From a virus (lineage: Duplodnaviria > Caudoviricetes): a stretch of DNA of 64,000 nucleotides. Every line of letters starts with the position of its first letter. The first letter of the stretch is position 1. The stretch is from the IMG/VR virus record IMGVR_UViG_3300044628_000433, positions 205 to 64,204 of that record, one strand, 5' to 3'. Made by a program: the position numbers and the translations under genes. The notes beneath the pieces are model-generated. The model ran no database searches. It was not told the origin of the DNA and saw only the letters and a program-made list of their open reading frames with translations. Below are positions 17,662 through 28,224 of this stretch, one piece after another.

Positions 17662-19199
17662 ATACACTAGCCGAACGCTTTCAGAGAATGCACGGCAATC
17701 GGCAAACTAAATTAAACAGAGCAAGGTATTGCTCAGCTGTTACCGTACCCACACTGCTTCCGCCAGAAGGATGGAGTGAAGGTACGTCATTACCCCAACC
17801 ATACTCTTCGGTTGGTAGTCGTGGTGTAACGGGATTAGCAAGCCGAATCCTTAGTGCATTAATGCCTTTGAATGATACACCATTCTTTAAATTTCAACTA
17901 AGAGATGGTAGTCAGGCACCGCCAGAAATTCAACAATACCTAGATACCTTATCGTTTCAAGTATACAATAAGTTATCCTCTACAAACCTTAGAGAAACTG
18001 TATATCAAGCCCTTCAACATCTCATCGTTACTGGTGACGTGCTGATTGAAATGGATTCAGATTACTTCTTTACCATCTATCGCCTTGACCAATACTCCGT
18101 ACAAAGAGATATCATGGGTGAGGTGCTTGAGGTTATTCACCTTGAGTATGAGGTAGATGATCCAGAGTTTATTGATTACTCATCGTACTCTGACATCGAA
18201 CACAGAGTTGGTTACAAGACCTACTACTGCCAGTATCTTCGTCAAGATGATGGTACATGGGCATACTCGAAAGAGAATGCTGAGGGTGAAGTTATAGAGT
18301 CTGGTATCTATCTCGTTGTTCCTATGGCCGTCCTTCGATGGTACGCCATCGCTGGCGAGAACTACGGCAGATCGCATTGCGAAGATATCCTTGGAGATCT
18401 CAATACACTTGAGGCTTATACGAAAGCGCAGATCGAAGGCATGGCAGCTGCCAGTGCTTTCTGGATCGCAGTTGATCCTCAGGGTATTACAGAGGTCGAT
18501 GATCTAGCTGGTGTTAGAAACGGATCATTCGTTGCTGCAAAGGCTTCGGATATCTCTGTCATCTCACCAGCGGGAACCATTCAACCACAGGTAGCAGCAG
18601 CTGCTCAAGCTGTCGAGAACATGAGACGTGAGGTTGGTCAGGCATTCCTAATGACTGGTCAAGCAATTCCATCAGGTGATCGTGTTACCGCTACAGCAGT
18701 ACGTATGATCGGACAAGAACTTGAAACGGTTCTTGGTGGTGCATTCTCTTCGATTGCACGTACACTTATGGAACCAATCGTCAAGCGTTGCATTGTACAA
18801 ATGTTGGAAGATAAACTTCTAGATGAACGCCTAACAGAACAGTTCTTTGACAACGACGGTACCTTAACCGTCAATATTGTAACAGGTCTTCAAGCACTTA
18901 GCCGTGACTCCGATCTTCAGAAGCTTATGCAAATGGGTGAGATGGTTCGTAACCTTCCACCAGATGCGTTGGCTACCTTTAAATGGGACTCATACTCCAG
19001 TGCGCTTATTACAGCCCTTGGGTTTGACGCAAGAAACTGGGTTAAGTCTCAGGATGAAATTGCACAGGAAAGAATGGCAGCTCAATCTATGCAAGTACAA
19101 GCAGATACTGCTTCTGCTGTTGGTACTGGTATTGCTTCATCCGCTCAGGATTTAGCAAGTGCCGCTGTTCCCGCACTCATGGAGCAACAATTACAATGA
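17658..19199 (+). CDS. Portal (head-tail connector, gp8-like)
   Basis: SVGSRGVTGLASR, PFFK, GENYGRS, RVTATAVR, ELETVLGG, TGLQALSR. Confidence 0.96.
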   Translation: MNTLAERFQRMHGNRQTKLNRARYCSAVTVPTLLPPEGWSEGTSLPQPYSSVGSRGVTGLASRILSALMPLNDTPFFKFQLRDGSQAPPEIQQYLDTLSFQVYNKLSSTNLRETVYQALQHLIVTGDVLIEMDSDYFFTIYRLDQYSVQRDIMGEVLEVIHLEYEVDDPEFIDYSSYSDIEHRVGYKTYYCQYLRQDDGTWAYSKENAEGEVIESGIYLVVPMAVLRWYAIAGENYGRSHCEDILGDLNTLEAYTKAQIEGMAAASAFWIAVDPQGITEVDDLAGVRNGSFVAAKASDISVISPAGTIQPQVAAAAQAVENMRREVGQAFLMTGQAIPSGDRVTATAVRMIGQELETVLGGAFSSIARTLMEPIVKRCIVQMLEDKLLDERLTEQFFDNDGTLTVNIVTGLQALSRDSDLQKLMQMGEMVRNLPPDALATFKWDSYSSALITALGFDARNWVKSQDEIAQERMAAQSMQVQADTASAVGTGIASSAQDLASAAVPALMEQQLQ

Positions 19200-19852
19200 A
19201 CCCAATGAGAATTATTGGTGCAAGTAATAACGACATCAAGTCCGTAAATCGAGTAACGTATGTTATCGACACGGATGAAGTTGTTGCTTACGTAAATAAA
19301 TCAACCCTACTTGGACGTTATCCAAATCTTTACTATGCGTATGAAGCTGTTCGTGGTGCGATGATGCGTTGTGGCTGCAAAGACATGATTGATGTCATCA
19401 CAAAACCAGTAGATGTGATTACAACACAAAACACCACAACGACGGGTAACACATTTTTTTCAACACCACTAAATGAAGTTGCATCATCTGGCGGGTCGTT
19501 TAATTATGCAACTGCTCAACTTCGGTTTGAAGGAATTCAGACAATACCGTGGGTCTTTTTTCTATTGTTTGATGTACCACCACAGGTTAGAATAGCATAT
19601 AAAATAGATCCAGCATCAATTACGGCACCAGCAACACCAACAGCCGCGTTGGCTGCTGGATTCCAATATATAAACTCTGGTGATCCTATTCTATTTCCTA
19701 CCGGAAATGGAACCAATAACAGATGGTTTATTCGAATCGCCCCCATGTGGGATGAAACTACGACGTTTACCGTACCATCCTTTACCGTAAGTCTACGGGC
19801 AGCAATACGACCAGCAGTTGTGTTTAGCTCAACAACCATAAATTTTAGCTAG
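19196..19852 (+). CDS. Hypothetical protein inserted after the portal gene
   Basis: ATGA overlap; beta-rich, Thr/Pro-rich C-terminal half. Confidence 0.75.
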   Translation: MNPMRIIGASNNDIKSVNRVTYVIDTDEVVAYVNKSTLLGRYPNLYYAYEAVRGAMMRCGCKDMIDVITKPVDVITTQNTTTTGNTFFSTPLNEVASSGGSFNYATAQLRFEGIQTIPWVFFLLFDVPPQVRIAYKIDPASITAPATPTAALAAGFQYINSGDPILFPTGNGTNNRWFIRIAPMWDETTTFTVPSFTVSLRAAIRPAVVFSSTTINFS

Positions 19853-19860
19853 GATTCCAT

Positions 19861-21597
19861 ATGCCTTTTATTACATATAACCCAACAAGTTTTACTACTC
19901 CGGCGTATGAGGATGCAAGATCTTTTGCTATCTGGGGTGTGTCGTGGTTTACAGAAACAGACCTAAGTCGCTTAGGTCCAGCAGCACCAGCCGTTGTTTG
20001 GATGGCTCCTCAGACTTTTAATGGTGGAGTACGTCGATCTGACCACACCGGAACAACGAACTTACCAACAGCTGTAACATCTTATATTGATAAGGTTAAA
20101 CAATTCCCTAAGGGAAGACGTGTTATCATGCCACAGTATTGGTTGGATGACACTCTTGGTGGTAATGATCGCGCAAACAGTAACTACTATAAAACACTTG
20201 GACAGCAAATGGCAGCACACGGTGCTGCTGGTACTTTCATAAATTCCCCGTTCCAACGTTTACACCAATCCGTTGACTTTAAAACCACGTGGACCAAGTG
20301 GGTAGAGTTGTGCGAAACAAACGACGCAACGTTTGATTATATCATAGATGATCAAGAACAGTGGCGTTTGTGGGCGCTAAACAGCAATCAAATTATAGCC
20401 GATGCTGGTTGGACTGCACCAGCTTGGATGACAGATAAGGATGCTAGAGTACCATTCTCTATGATAAACGACGCACGTTTTGAGAATCCACTGTATGGCG
20501 ATCCGGTTACAAATCAAAGCATGAGAGAGTTGTTAGTCTATTACACAAACATTGCGAGACCATCCTCTCCAATAGCTAATACACTATCGGCTGTTCAGAC
20601 TGCATACGCTGATTGGAACATTACAGTAGAAAATCCGGGAATTTCTCCATACACTACCAGTAGAAATCCTCTCTGGTATGCGTGGCGAAGAATGATTGGC
20701 CGCGTTCATATTCGACAACGTGTAGAGTTAGTTCTAAAAGAGACCATTCAAAAGCCGTGGTTTACTGGATTCTATTCTGACTACGGCGTTATTGGTGGAG
20801 AGCCGTGGGAAACTCCTTGGCTCATTCGCGCACAACACTATGCAGAAAACTATTTAGCACACCCTCTTTGTCGAGGAGCGCCGGAGCTATACGGATACGC
20901 TAGCAACATGCCAACAGTCTTTGGATATCACCCAACACCAACGACTGATATTCAAAGATATGGTTTTGTTCGACCAGCTGATGGCGGCGTTTTAACCAAT
21001 GCTTTAGCCGGAGATGCTGGCCGCGTCATGTACTCCTTCATGGGAGATCTTGCTGAGGCTGTTGAAACATCTAGAGTAAACTATAGACGGGATTGGGCCG
21101 CATGGGTAGGCACACCACACTGGCAGTATAATCCATCATTCTATCGGTTTGATGATCGTTATGCCATTGAGTTGTATTACCACCTTGCTTTATTGGGTTG
21201 CAACCCTTTCTGCATTTTCCCCGGAGAGGGTGAGATCCCAGAAGGAGAAAACCCATACGTATTGCCATCTGATATTCTTGTTGAGATTAAACGAATTACA
21301 GATAACGGTGGCTTACGACCATGTGACTCTACTGGTAATCAGTACGCCCCACCAGATAGATATGTATTAGCTGATTGTTTAACCGACAAGGGTATTGTTA
21401 CGGGTGGAACAATTCAGCACGGACCAAAGAAGGGCCTAAATGTTTGGAGAATTACAGTACCTCCTCATATTATAGATGGTAGTGGCAATTCTTTCATTAA
21501 CCTACCCGATGGAACAAAGTATCAAGTAGGACCAACTACAAGAGGTGCTTGGTACTTTGGTCAAACTAAACCAACTGTAACTATTACGACAAGTTAA
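19861..21597 (+). CDS. Aromatic-rich protein, possible glycan-active enzyme
   Basis: 578 aa; Trp/Tyr-rich; FDYIIDDQE and GAPELYG segments resemble TIM-barrel glycoside hydrolase strands (function uncertain). Confidence 0.5.
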   Translation: MPFITYNPTSFTTPAYEDARSFAIWGVSWFTETDLSRLGPAAPAVVWMAPQTFNGGVRRSDHTGTTNLPTAVTSYIDKVKQFPKGRRVIMPQYWLDDTLGGNDRANSNYYKTLGQQMAAHGAAGTFINSPFQRLHQSVDFKTTWTKWVELCETNDATFDYIIDDQEQWRLWALNSNQIIADAGWTAPAWMTDKDARVPFSMINDARFENPLYGDPVTNQSMRELLVYYTNIARPSSPIANTLSAVQTAYADWNITVENPGISPYTTSRNPLWYAWRRMIGRVHIRQRVELVLKETIQKPWFTGFYSDYGVIGGEPWETPWLIRAQHYAENYLAHPLCRGAPELYGYASNMPTVFGYHPTPTTDIQRYGFVRPADGGVLTNALAGDAGRVMYSFMGDLAEAVETSRVNYRRDWAAWVGTPHWQYNPSFYRFDDRYAIELYYHLALLGCNPFCIFPGEGEIPEGENPYVLPSDILVEIKRITDNGGLRPCDSTGNQYAPPDRYVLADCLTDKGIVTGGTIQHGPKKGLNVWRITVPPHIIDGSGNSFINLPDGTKYQVGPTTRGAWYFGQTKPTVTITTS

Positions 21598-21599
21598 TT

Positions 21600-22478
21600 A
21601 TGGAAAACACAGAACCAACGACTCCACAAGCAGTGGAACAATCAGCGGTTTCAACACCTGTTGACCGCGAGGCTAAGGCGTTTGAAACACACGTTATTCA
21701 AAACCAAATCCAAGTACCAGACAACTTCAAGTCTGTCGGGGATTGGTTTAACGCCCTTAAGTCTGCTCAAAAAGAGTATACCAAGGCTCGACAGGAAATC
21801 TCTGACCTTAAGAAGCAGATTCCAGTAGCAACACCCGAAGCTCCAGAGCAACCAAAGGAAGCCCCAGCTCCTGTGATTCCGGAGGAACTTCGCATTCCAG
21901 ATAAGCTACCGGAGCAACCTCCTTCACCACAGCAGACAGAAATTCTCACTAAGGATGAATGGAACAAGTATTCAACTGAAGTTGCTGTCAACGGCACTCT
22001 ATCTAATGAGTCACGTGAAGCAATCAAGACGAAGACAAAGTTACCAGACTACGTTATTGATGACTTCTTAGCGGGACAGAAGGCCCGTCTGCAACAGGCA
22101 TACGGCAGCGCAGCAGAGGTTGTAGGAGGAAAGGATCAACTCGCCCGTGTATTCGATTGGGCAAGTAAGAACCTTTCATCCGAAGACCAGAAGTCTGTGA
22201 ATGCCGCATTGTCTTCACCTTCTTGGGAGGTAGCTTTGCTTGGATTGAACGCTAAGTATCAATCCGCAGCAGCAAAGAAACCAACCGCAAATGAGCCAGT
22301 TAAGGCACCATCATCCCAAAAGGTTGGTGCTACGACGGCTACCCCAACGCTTGGAGCGTATGCTTCCAAAGCGGAATTTTATAAGGATCGTAGAGACCCC
22401 CGATTCGCGGGTGATCCACGATTCCGCCAAGCGGTAGAAACCCGAATGGCAAAAACAGATTTCAATTCATTAAGATAA
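21600..22478 (+). CDS. Capsid scaffolding protein (gp9-like)
   Basis: VGGKDQ...WASKNLS; C-terminal DPRF..DPRFRQAVE; precedes the major capsid gene. Confidence 0.9.
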   Translation: MENTEPTTPQAVEQSAVSTPVDREAKAFETHVIQNQIQVPDNFKSVGDWFNALKSAQKEYTKARQEISDLKKQIPVATPEAPEQPKEAPAPVIPEELRIPDKLPEQPPSPQQTEILTKDEWNKYSTEVAVNGTLSNESREAIKTKTKLPDYVIDDFLAGQKARLQQAYGSAAEVVGGKDQLARVFDWASKNLSSEDQKSVNAALSSPSWEVALLGLNAKYQSAAAKKPTANEPVKAPSSQKVGATTATPTLGAYASKAEFYKDRRDPRFAGDPRFRQAVETRMAKTDFNSLR

Positions 22479-22492
22479 TAAGGATATAAAAC

Positions 22493-23887
22493 ATGCCAGG
22501 TACAGGACACGATGTAGGAGCAGGAGATCTTCCATATAGATCAGACGTAGCAGCAGGAATCACAGGTCCAATCGCTGGTCAGAATAAACTCTGGCTTTCG
22601 ATTTGGTCTGGTGAAACCATTCACGCTTACGATGAATACAACATGTTTGAGTCACTCGTTGATTCAAAGACCATCAGCAACGGCGTTGCTATGGAATTCC
22701 CAATCACTGGTACCGTAGCTCTCAATGCTGCATGGGCCGCTGGTAAGGAACTTATTGGTTCAACAACCGACAGCACCTCTGCGACCATCGCTATCAAGCT
22801 TGATAAGCGTCCAATCGCAGCACACTTCGAAATCGACAACGTAGACCTCATGCAAACTCAGTGGGAATTCCGCTCTGAACTTGCACGTCAAGCTGGTCTC
22901 ACCCTCGCTAATGCACGTGATAAGCAAATTGCTGCTTACGTTGCAAGAGCTGGTGCCGAAGACCTTAACTTTAACACAGCATGGGATGGCGACGGAACAC
23001 CATCTGTCGTTGGCACTGATGACCCACGCTCAGTTCCAGCTGGACCAGTCTTCCTAAATGGTAAGTTCTTCGACCTCGGTCGTTCAGCTTCTGCTTCAGC
23101 AGACCGCGCAAACGCAGCTCTCGCAGCTCTTCAAGCTTGCGAAGACTTCGTTGTATACCTCCAGACGATCAACGCACCAACCGATGGCGTTTACCTCGCC
23201 GTCGAACCACGCGCATTCCAAGACATCCGTGCGCTTGGCGTTGCACGTGCATCAACCGAAACTGTCAACATGCAACCAATGTTCGGTGGCGTTGCTCAGG
23301 CTGGCGGTCTTGGTGCTGCTCTCACACAGGGTATGAACGGTCTCATGGACTCGCTTGAGTACATGGGTGTTCGTATCATCAAGAGCAACCACCTCCCAAC
23401 CTCCAACTTCTCCGGCATCGGTGAAGATCGTTACAACCTCGCCTTCGGTGATGCTGGTGTATGCGGTCTTCTCTTCCAACGTAGCGCGGTTGCAGCTCTC
23501 AAGTTGCAAGGTCTCAAGGTTGATACCCTTGACGATATCCGTCGCAACACCACCTTCACTGTCGCAAGCATGATGGCTGGTACTGGCGTTCTCCGTCCAG
23601 AATGCGCCGCAGTTCTTGTCAAGCCAACCGCAAGCAACTGGGTCGTTACTACTGAAACAACTGAAGCGGCCTTTGCTGCTGCAACCACCACAACGAATAA
23701 GGCAAATGCAAACTTCTTCACTGGTGCAAACCTCAACGGCACGGCTACCGTAGCAACCTACCTCCAAGCAGCTGGCTCCGGTGGCGAAGCTGCAGCTAAG
23801 GCACGTCACGGCCTTCGTTGCAACTTCGGCGCAAACTTCAGCCGTGAAGTTGTAAACACTGCAAGTGGTGCCTTCCCCTACGCATAA
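22493..23887 (+). CDS. Major capsid protein (gp10-like) with C-terminal extension
   Basis: LSIWSGE, FPITG, RSELARQAGLTLA..D, SNHLP, GTGVLRPECA; strongly biased codon usage. Confidence 0.95.
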   Translation: MPGTGHDVGAGDLPYRSDVAAGITGPIAGQNKLWLSIWSGETIHAYDEYNMFESLVDSKTISNGVAMEFPITGTVALNAAWAAGKELIGSTTDSTSATIAIKLDKRPIAAHFEIDNVDLMQTQWEFRSELARQAGLTLANARDKQIAAYVARAGAEDLNFNTAWDGDGTPSVVGTDDPRSVPAGPVFLNGKFFDLGRSASASADRANAALAALQACEDFVVYLQTINAPTDGVYLAVEPRAFQDIRALGVARASTETVNMQPMFGGVAQAGGLGAALTQGMNGLMDSLEYMGVRIIKSNHLPTSNFSGIGEDRYNLAFGDAGVCGLLFQRSAVAALKLQGLKVDTLDDIRRNTTFTVASMMAGTGVLRPECAAVLVKPTASNWVVTTETTEAAFAAATTTTNKANANFFTGANLNGTATVATYLQAAGSGGEAAAKARHGLRCNFGANFSREVVNTASGAFPYA

Positions 23888-23940
23888 TTAGTGTAGGATA
23901 CTTCTATTACTTTTGTAATGGAACGGTGATCATATATCTA

Positions 23941-23978
23941 GCCAAGAGTCCTCGAAAGGGGACTCTTGGTTTTTTTTT
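23941..23978 (+). terminator. Rho-independent terminator (T-phi equivalent)
   Basis: GCCAAGAGTCCT-CGAAAG-GGGACTCTTGGT followed by a T run, just after the capsid gene. Confidence 0.92.
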
Positions 23979-24000
23979 CTTTCTTAGAAAGGTAAACAAC

Positions 24001-24660
24001 ATGGGATACTTAACTAAACTAGATGCAGTAAATCAAATGCTGCTTGCTGCTGGAGAATCGCTTGTTGCGGATCTTAACGAAGCAAGTGGTATTGATACAG
24101 GAATTTCAGAATTTCTCTTAGACCAAGCCTCACTTGAATATCAATTAAGAGGCTTAGCTAATAACAAGATCATTAAGACAGTACAGCCAGATGCTCAAGG
24201 ATACATTCTTTTGGGTTATCCAAATACAGACTTTGGTGGCGTACTCGATGCTAAGTTACTATCGTTACACCAAACAGAAGATGGTTCGGCCATCGTTGCC
24301 AGAGTACAAGAGGGAAATCCCCCAAAGCTTTGGAACATGACAGAAGACACAGATGTTTGGGTAGATGGTGATTATCGTATTGAGCAGATTAACTTCTTAC
24401 AATACGACCAACTAGATACAAACTCTCAGCGTACAATTCTTTCAGCTGCTACCAGAAAGTATCAGCTATATACTCAAGCAGATCCAGCCGTAGACAACTA
24501 CTTGGCACAACGAGAAATGCTTGATCGTATGCGGTCACGTGCAAACGATATCTCAGCAAAGCAAAGAACCATTTGGGCAAACGATGTCTCTTATGCAGCT
24601 GGCAAACGACCGCCATACTTTGGTACAGATCCTGCCGCAATTAGACGAGGACTAATATGA
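24001..24660 (+). CDS. Tail tubular protein A (gp11-like)
   Basis: TKLDAVNQMLLAAGE N-terminus; AAAGG SD; position. Confidence 0.9.
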   Translation: MGYLTKLDAVNQMLLAAGESLVADLNEASGIDTGISEFLLDQASLEYQLRGLANNKIIKTVQPDAQGYILLGYPNTDFGGVLDAKLLSLHQTEDGSAIVARVQEGNPPKLWNMTEDTDVWVDGDYRIEQINFLQYDQLDTNSQRTILSAATRKYQLYTQADPAVDNYLAQREMLDRMRSRANDISAKQRTIWANDVSYAAGKRPPYFGTDPAAIRRGLI

Positions 24661-27308
24661 AAATAACAATTCCTGTTTACTCATTAAGCGGGGGTGTAAG
24701 CCGACAGCCAGACTCAAAGCGTACTCCCTTTGAGGCACAGGAGATTGATAACTGCTTCGTCACAGTAGAGAAATCTATTGAGAAGAGGGCTGGCTTTAAA
24801 GTTCTTGATAGCAATACCGGAAACTATGATCTATCTTTTCTTCCGTTAACTGTAGACCCAGCATTCGTTTGGTATACTATTAATGACGAAAACAGATATC
24901 TCTTAATCATTGATCGTAACGCATCTGGTGCAACAACTAATATCTTGTATATTGTTAAGCTTACAAGCGATGGTTGGGTAAACGAAACACCGAACTTTCA
25001 ATGGGATTCAGAAGATCCATCTCTAGAGTGGGATGGCTCTACCGCAATTCTAGACGGAGATGTTAGGTATCCAATCCATCAACTAGCATTACAAGAAGGT
25101 GGATTAGATACACTTCTTGTTAGATATAACACCGTAAAATCGCGTGGTATTATTTCACGATACTCAAGAGCCTACCTTACACACGAAACCGGAAACGCAC
25201 AAGAAATCATAAAGTCATTACAGTTTGGTACTTCAATCTTAATGTTGAATACCAAGGTATATGCTGGCTTTACTTCGGGGACCAACGGAAAGACAGTAAA
25301 TCTCAACGGGCAAGAAACAACCGAAGACGATTTAGTTGGTCGAGCTGTTACGTACTATACGTCAGCTCGCATTCGTAAGACAACCAATGGTCGTTTGTAT
25401 CCAGAAGGTACAACCCTAAACGATGGTGAGGCATGGGATACTGGCTTCATTGCTAAGCAGATTCCAGTTGAAGATTACATCTACGGGGATTTTGATAAGC
25501 CTTGGTTGGGTCAATCAATGGCTAACTTCTCTGAGATTCGCTTTCCACCGGATAAGAATGACTGGAAAGCCATCAACAAGAACTTAGATACAACGCCTGT
25601 CGATGCTAAAGCAAAGACAATGTTGGATCTTTTATACGATCCAGACGCACCGCTAGGTTCTCTACAAGAAGGCGATGGAAAGGTCTACTTTACCGCAGCT
25701 CCATACCTTTCGGTTGATGCGGGGTATTACCGTATCGTTTCGTTCCCAGAAACAGAAGCTTATGGTGGTTCTGTTATTGGTCCGGGAAAGCCATATACGC
25801 AACGTGTACGAACTCCCGATCACTGCAGCGTTCTTGATAAAGCAAGAATGCCACAGAGGATTACCTTTAACAACGGTAAGTTCACGATGGCACCTATTGA
25901 TTGGGCTGCTAGAACTATTGGAGATCGGGAAACAAATCCCGGACCTTCGCCATTTCTCACATCAACGAGACAAGCAAGACACATTCAATTAACAGCTCTT
26001 GCTAACTTTAGAGATAGATTGTTTATTGCCGCTGGTGATATTATCTTCTCATCTCAACTTGGTGTATTAGAAGATCTATGGATTAAAGACCCATCAAACG
26101 TTACCACAGCTGACCCAATTGATATTCGCGCAGCGAGTAACTCATACGCTGAAGTTACAGCGATGATTCCATTCAATGCCTATCTCTTTATCAATACAAA
26201 GTCAAATGTTCAGTTCGAACTCAAAGGCGACAGTAATCTAATCTCTCCACTCACAGCAGAAATCTCTGCGACAACATTCTATTCTACAGCTGAACTTGTT
26301 GATCCAATTAGCCTTGGCAGTAACATCTACTTCTGGGATAGCCAGAGATTGTACATTTACTTGAATCAAGACAGTAGAGAATTCAATACCGCCTTTGATT
26401 TATCACAGGGTATTCGAGGCTACTTGCCGTCCACCTTTAAGTCAATCGCCGTAGCCACAGCTAACAACCAACTCATTGCTGTAGACGGTGCAAGCACACA
26501 CCACCTTTACTTCTATGGCTCACGTTTCATGGGTGATGAGATTCGTCAATCAGCATTCTGGCGATATACGCTATCGGATGTTGAAGACATTCAAAGCATC
26601 AATACCTATAAAACAATTCTGTATGCTATTACCAAGAGACAGACAACTAATGCAACTGCTTGGTATTTGCTTGCACATGATTTAGAAGACCACGAAAATC
26701 CAAGACTAGATAACTTCTCAGACATTGTTCTAACAGAAAGCAATTGCACAAGTGTTGGTATGACATCGACACTTATCGTTCCTTACGTCTTAGATACCAC
26801 ACAAGATGTCTATGTTGTATTGGAAGAAGATTGGGAAGGTCTAGCCGGATCGGTCTTCAAGGCAGCTGCTAGCTCCGTTGTTGGTTTTAATACCGAACTT
26901 ACTATTGCTGGTATCTCTTTACCAGACCATGTAGGAAAGACAGTCTTTGTTGGTTCTAGTTTTAGAATGAACGTCGAGTTGTCAAAGCAATACTACAGAC
27001 AGAATGATGGAAACATTATTGAGGGTGTTGCAAACCTTAAGACCTTACACATCAGGCACAACGACACAGGTACATACCGTGTTGAAGTAACCAGACGTGG
27101 AAGACCAACACCACTTATCAGTGAATTCTCTGCAACCAATACCGAAACCACAGAATACAGAGAAGGTAACGGAACGTTTGTTGCTAAGGTATTTGGGTTT
27201 TCTGATGAGACAACGGTTCGTTTAATCTCTGATGGTGTTACTCCATGTAACATAACCCAACTAGAATTTAGAGGAACCTTTAATAAGAAATCAAAATCAT
27301 TGAGATAA
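24657..27308 (+). CDS. Tail tubular protein B (gp12-like)
   Basis: GGVSRQPD, KRAG, FRDRL, DPID, QSAFWRY. Confidence 0.92.
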   Translation: MKITIPVYSLSGGVSRQPDSKRTPFEAQEIDNCFVTVEKSIEKRAGFKVLDSNTGNYDLSFLPLTVDPAFVWYTINDENRYLLIIDRNASGATTNILYIVKLTSDGWVNETPNFQWDSEDPSLEWDGSTAILDGDVRYPIHQLALQEGGLDTLLVRYNTVKSRGIISRYSRAYLTHETGNAQEIIKSLQFGTSILMLNTKVYAGFTSGTNGKTVNLNGQETTEDDLVGRAVTYYTSARIRKTTNGRLYPEGTTLNDGEAWDTGFIAKQIPVEDYIYGDFDKPWLGQSMANFSEIRFPPDKNDWKAINKNLDTTPVDAKAKTMLDLLYDPDAPLGSLQEGDGKVYFTAAPYLSVDAGYYRIVSFPETEAYGGSVIGPGKPYTQRVRTPDHCSVLDKARMPQRITFNNGKFTMAPIDWAARTIGDRETNPGPSPFLTSTRQARHIQLTALANFRDRLFIAAGDIIFSSQLGVLEDLWIKDPSNVTTADPIDIRAASNSYAEVTAMIPFNAYLFINTKSNVQFELKGDSNLISPLTAEISATTFYSTAELVDPISLGSNIYFWDSQRLYIYLNQDSREFNTAFDLSQGIRGYLPSTFKSIAVATANNQLIAVDGASTHHLYFYGSRFMGDEIRQSAFWRYTLSDVEDIQSINTYKTILYAITKRQTTNATAWYLLAHDLEDHENPRLDNFSDIVLTESNCTSVGMTSTLIVPYVLDTTQDVYVVLEEDWEGLAGSVFKAAASSVVGFNTELTIAGISLPDHVGKTVFVGSSFRMNVELSKQYYRQNDGNIIEGVANLKTLHIRHNDTGTYRVEVTRRGRPTPLISEFSATNTETTEYREGNGTFVAKVFGFSDETTVRLISDGVTPCNITQLEFRGTFNKKSKSLR

Positions 27309-27311
27309 TCT

Positions 27312-28217
27312 ATGCCTACAAATCAGACTTCAGTAACAACAACAGTACAAACAACGTATGTGTTACCGATCTCCTTCTCAGCCTTAACGATGGCAGACGG
27401 AATCGGAATGCAAGAACAGTTGTTAGTATTTAGACCAAACATTGACTCTATCTATGGGTCATCACTAACCATTGAGGACTATCGCGGTCTTGGTCAAATC
27501 GCTTCCTCTTGGCTCACAATCAACACCACAACAAGACAGATTACAGGAATCTCTATTCCACCGTCAGCAACCTATACCCTCAGTACAGGTGCTACAGTGG
27601 CATATCCAGCTCTTGTTGCGGCAGAGCCTCTTATTGTTTTACGCTCTGTAGTTTCATCAGAGCCTTATGTTGATTGGGTAACTGGATCAAGAATCACAGC
27701 TGACCAGCTTAATCTTAATACGTCACAGCTCTTGGCTGTATCGCAAGAACTTAAGAATTCCTTAAGTGATAAGATTGGTCGTGATGACTTTGATGCTATC
27801 GTTAATCCTCTCACAGAAGACTTGAATTGCAATACTAAGAAATTAACAAACCTTGCAACACCAACTTCAGCATCGGATGCGGCAACTAAGGCATACGTAG
27901 ATGACGCTATTAACACAGCCGTCACAATCAAACTTGGTCAAGCCAACGGTATTGCAACTCTTGATTCAAGCAGTTTGCTAACCACATCACAGCGTCCTTC
28001 CTCAACGTCCGTACTACCCGGATCATTCTTCTCTAAGGCTACCGCACCTGTTAGAACAACAGGTGGCGATGGTCTGTACAAGCATGGTTCAATCTGGTTC
28101 AATACATCAACTGGTCGGTTGTTTGTATACATTCCAGATGATCGGTATACTGGATTATTAGACACACATAACGGAGACATTGGCTATTGGGTCGATGTTT
28201 CCTCACCCGCATTGTGA
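27312..28217 (+). CDS. Tail fibre adaptor (gp17 N-terminal anchor-like)
   Basis: VDWVTGSRITADQLNLNTSQLLAVSQE; DAATKAYVD; GSIWFNTSTGRLFVY. Confidence 0.85.
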   Translation: MPTNQTSVTTTVQTTYVLPISFSALTMADGIGMQEQLLVFRPNIDSIYGSSLTIEDYRGLGQIASSWLTINTTTRQITGISIPPSATYTLSTGATVAYPALVAAEPLIVLRSVVSSEPYVDWVTGSRITADQLNLNTSQLLAVSQELKNSLSDKIGRDDFDAIVNPLTEDLNCNTKKLTNLATPTSASDAATKAYVDDAINTAVTIKLGQANGIATLDSSSLLTTSQRPSSTSVLPGSFFSKATAPVRTTGGDGLYKHGSIWFNTSTGRLFVYIPDDRYTGLLDTHNGDIGYWVDVSSPAL

Positions 28218-28224
28218 GGCATTC

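Noticed and set aside
23926-24000. N-terminal extension of tail tubular protein A
   Set aside because: It runs through the terminator hairpin and T tract; the likely start is ATG 24001
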